This document shows positions 61,881-64,000 of a DNA stretch of 64,000 nt, in pieces. Location: assembly GCA_051294375.1 (NCBI GenBank), contig CM119267.1, positions 1,240,194 to 1,304,193 on the forward strand. The letters are read 5' to 3'. The position numbers and the translations under genes were made by a program. This stretch comes from Paraspadella gotoi (lineage: Eukaryota > Animalia > Chaetognatha). The notes below the pieces were generated by a model, which saw nothing but the letters and a program-made list of their open reading frames with translations, made no database searches and was not told where the DNA came from. The first letter of the stretch is position 1. Each line of letters begins with the position of its first letter.

Positions 61881-62961
61881 ACAATTATCCATCTATATCT
61901 TGAAAAGTTCGTCCATCAATATATTTAAAAAATTGTAATAAAAAACTAGATCATCTTTTTAGAATTGACTTCGAATAATAATTAGTAAAAACTTAGTAAA
62001 CATTAAATAATTTTAGATAACAAACATTAATTTCGTGGAACACCTGTTAACCTGTCAATACTACATGGTACAATTGTACATATAGAGAATTAAAGCTCGT
62101 CGTCGTCGTCGTCGTCGTCGTGTGTCGTCTGTTCGTCGTCCTCATTGTCGTCGAATTTTTATGTTTATTTTGTTTTTTTCTTCTACGTTTCATAGATTAA
62201 TCAATTTTTAAAAAAATGTAGCCTTTGCGTTGGGTGGGCTTTAAATATTATATCTATCAGGTCGAAAAAAATAATGTTTAGTTTTTGATTGAATACTGAT
62301 AATCATCTGTCAGCTTCAGTCTTCACTGTTATTTGTGGGCGAATCAAACCACTTCTTTCATTTTTGTTTTTGAATGGTTGTTTTTTAGGAGTCTCAATGT
62401 GACAAAAGCTGTTATTTGTAAACAAGATGTTGATATAAATAAACGTTGACTCAATTAAAAAGAAATATTTTCGTGAAAACTGCTTGGTTTTTCTATCACA
62501 TCGGCGGGTGATCTCTGTTTGAAAAATGTATAAAGTAATCATTCAAGTGTGTAATTGTATGGCTCAGCAAAAATTATTTAGCTTTTTTAAAATAAAAACT
62601 ATTAACTTCAACTGACCAATAGATAGATAGAGAAGAGATATATATATTATACATATATAAATACAATTTTTTTTAATACATATATAATATATATGTCTCT
62701 CTCTAGAGAGAGAAAGAATGAAGAGATGTAGAGAGACAGTAGAGAGGAGACAGAATGGAGAGAGAGAAGAGAAGAGAGAGGAGAGAGTGAGGAGAGAGAG
62801 AGAGACGAGAGAGAGAAGAAGATGCGCGTCTACATGACTTTAGATCATCTCCAACAGATATTCCTGGTTTCTTTTATCCATCTGTCAACCAACCACATAA
62901 CCATCTACTACCTCCCATTTGTGACCATCTGTGTACCTCTCCATGTCTCACTTCTATTCAG

Positions 62962-63100
62962 GCGTGGCAAAGTCGACGTGACGTCCCTTCTCGACCGCCG
63001 GCATTCGCTCGTCGAGGCCTTCAGGGTCGGCCGTCTTGGAATGCGGACATCTGTGGACCAAGTTGTGGGAAGTGTTTGGAGTGGAGGAGGTGGAAAGAAA
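62962..63100 (+). CDS. NUBP1: NUBP1-like exon 3 (indel-damaged)
   Basis: Acceptor CTTCTATTCAG, then GC GTG GCA AAG TCG ACG completes phase-1 exon 2 as SGKG-G-VAKST (canonical GKGGVGKST). Across indels it continues TSLL...FARRG..RVG.L..ADICGPSCGK..FGVEE, matching the NUBP LDxDICGPS motif. The donor position is uncertain. Confidence 0.72.
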
Positions 63101-63233
63101 TGGTATCATGATTACACTAATAGCACAAGTCTGATACTAGCTTTACACAGCATCTACCGTTATATCCAAAGCGATAATCCCGAAGACCTAAAGACAGCTG
63201 GTCTACACNNNNNNNNNNNNNNNNNNNNNNNNN

Positions 63234-64000
63234 GAGAGAGAGACGCTGCAGTATGGGAAAGCGATAAGGGCTATGGTATGGGGAGAGAGGGAGAGAGAGA
63301 CAGAGAGAGAGACGCTGCAAGAAAGAGACGCCGCAGTGTGGGAATGCGATAAGGGCTACGGTAAGGGGAGAGAGGGAGAGAGAGAAGAGAGAGAGACGCC
63401 GCAGTATGGGAAAGCGATAAGGGCTACGGTAAGGGGAGAGAGGGAGAGAGAGACAGAGAGAGAGTGAGACGCCGCAGTAGTGGGAAAGCGATAAGGGCTA
63501 CGGTAAGGGGAGAGAGGGAGAGAGAAAAAGAAAGAGACAGCCGTCGCAGTATGGGAAAGCGATAAGGGCTACGGTAAGGGGAGAGAGGGAGAGAGAAAAG
63601 AGAAGAGACAGCCGCGCAGTATGGGAAAGTGATAAGGGCTACGGTAAGGGAGAGAGAGGGAGAGAGAAAAAGAGAAAGAGAGAGAGTCGTCGCAGTATGG
63701 GAAAGTGATAAGGGCTACGGTAAGGAGAGAGAGGGAGAGAGAAAAGAGAGAGAGAAGAGAGCCGTCGCAGTATGGGAAAGTGATAAGGGCTACGGTAAAG
63801 AGAGAGAGATGATAAGAGAGAGAGAGAGCCGCTGCAGTATGGGAAAGTGATTAGGACTACGGTAGGGGAGAGAGAGGGAGAGAGAGAGAGAGAGAGAGAA
63901 ACAAAGAGTATGGGAAAGCAATTAGGGCTACGGTAAAGTGAGAGAGAGAAAAAGAAAGACGGAAAGAGAGAGAGAGAGAGACAAACAAAAGAGAGAGAAG
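63234..64000 (+). repeat. Second copy of the GPCR donor array after a 25-N gap, likely redundant assembly of the ~59.5-60.5 kb region
   Basis: Unit variants occur in the same order (AAAGCG>AAAGTG, GATTAGGACTAC, GCAATTAGGGC, ACAAACAAAA) as in 59530-60510. Confidence 0.85.

Noticed and set aside
62822-63352. 176-aa plus-strand ORF as a separate gene
   Set aside because: It spans an N-gap and repeat sequence; the informative part is better explained as indel-damaged NUBP1 exon 3.

Overview
Eukaryotic (invertebrate animal, probably protostome) genomic DNA that is AT-rich, full of (GA/CT)n and (GAC/GTC)n microsatellites, and of draft long-read quality (five gaps of exactly 25 N, many 1-bp indels, duplicated blocks). 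Five genes were reconstructed by hand from splice sites and phases. (1) A minus-strand, signal peptide + 2xTSP1 + trypsin-like serine protease with no evident intron (1500 to <1; absent from the ORF track because it runs off the edge). (2) A 7-exon astacin metalloprotease with a Cys-rich/EGF-like module and three ShK domains (7031-17172, +). (3) A 5-exon ankyrin-repeat protein with an N-terminal signal-like segment (29231-25244, -), plus a frameshifted, probably artefactual second copy. (4) A NUBP1/Nbp35-like Fe-S assembly gene (+) whose exons 2 and 3 are about 13 kb apart. (5) A class B (calcitonin/PDF-receptor-like) GPCR (52504-61318, +) that lies entirely inside that NUBP1 intron on the same strand. 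The most unusual structures are this same-strand nesting, a ~15-copy tandem array of the GPCR exon end plus splice donor, an array of the astacin acceptor region, introns with purine-rich 5' and pyrimidine-rich 3' ends, a 2.8-kb 21-bp array readable as (Ser6Thr)n or (Asp6Val)n, and a ~250-bp structured dispersed repeat. Several MITE and Helentron-like elements are present. No CRISPR, rRNA or tRNA was seen.
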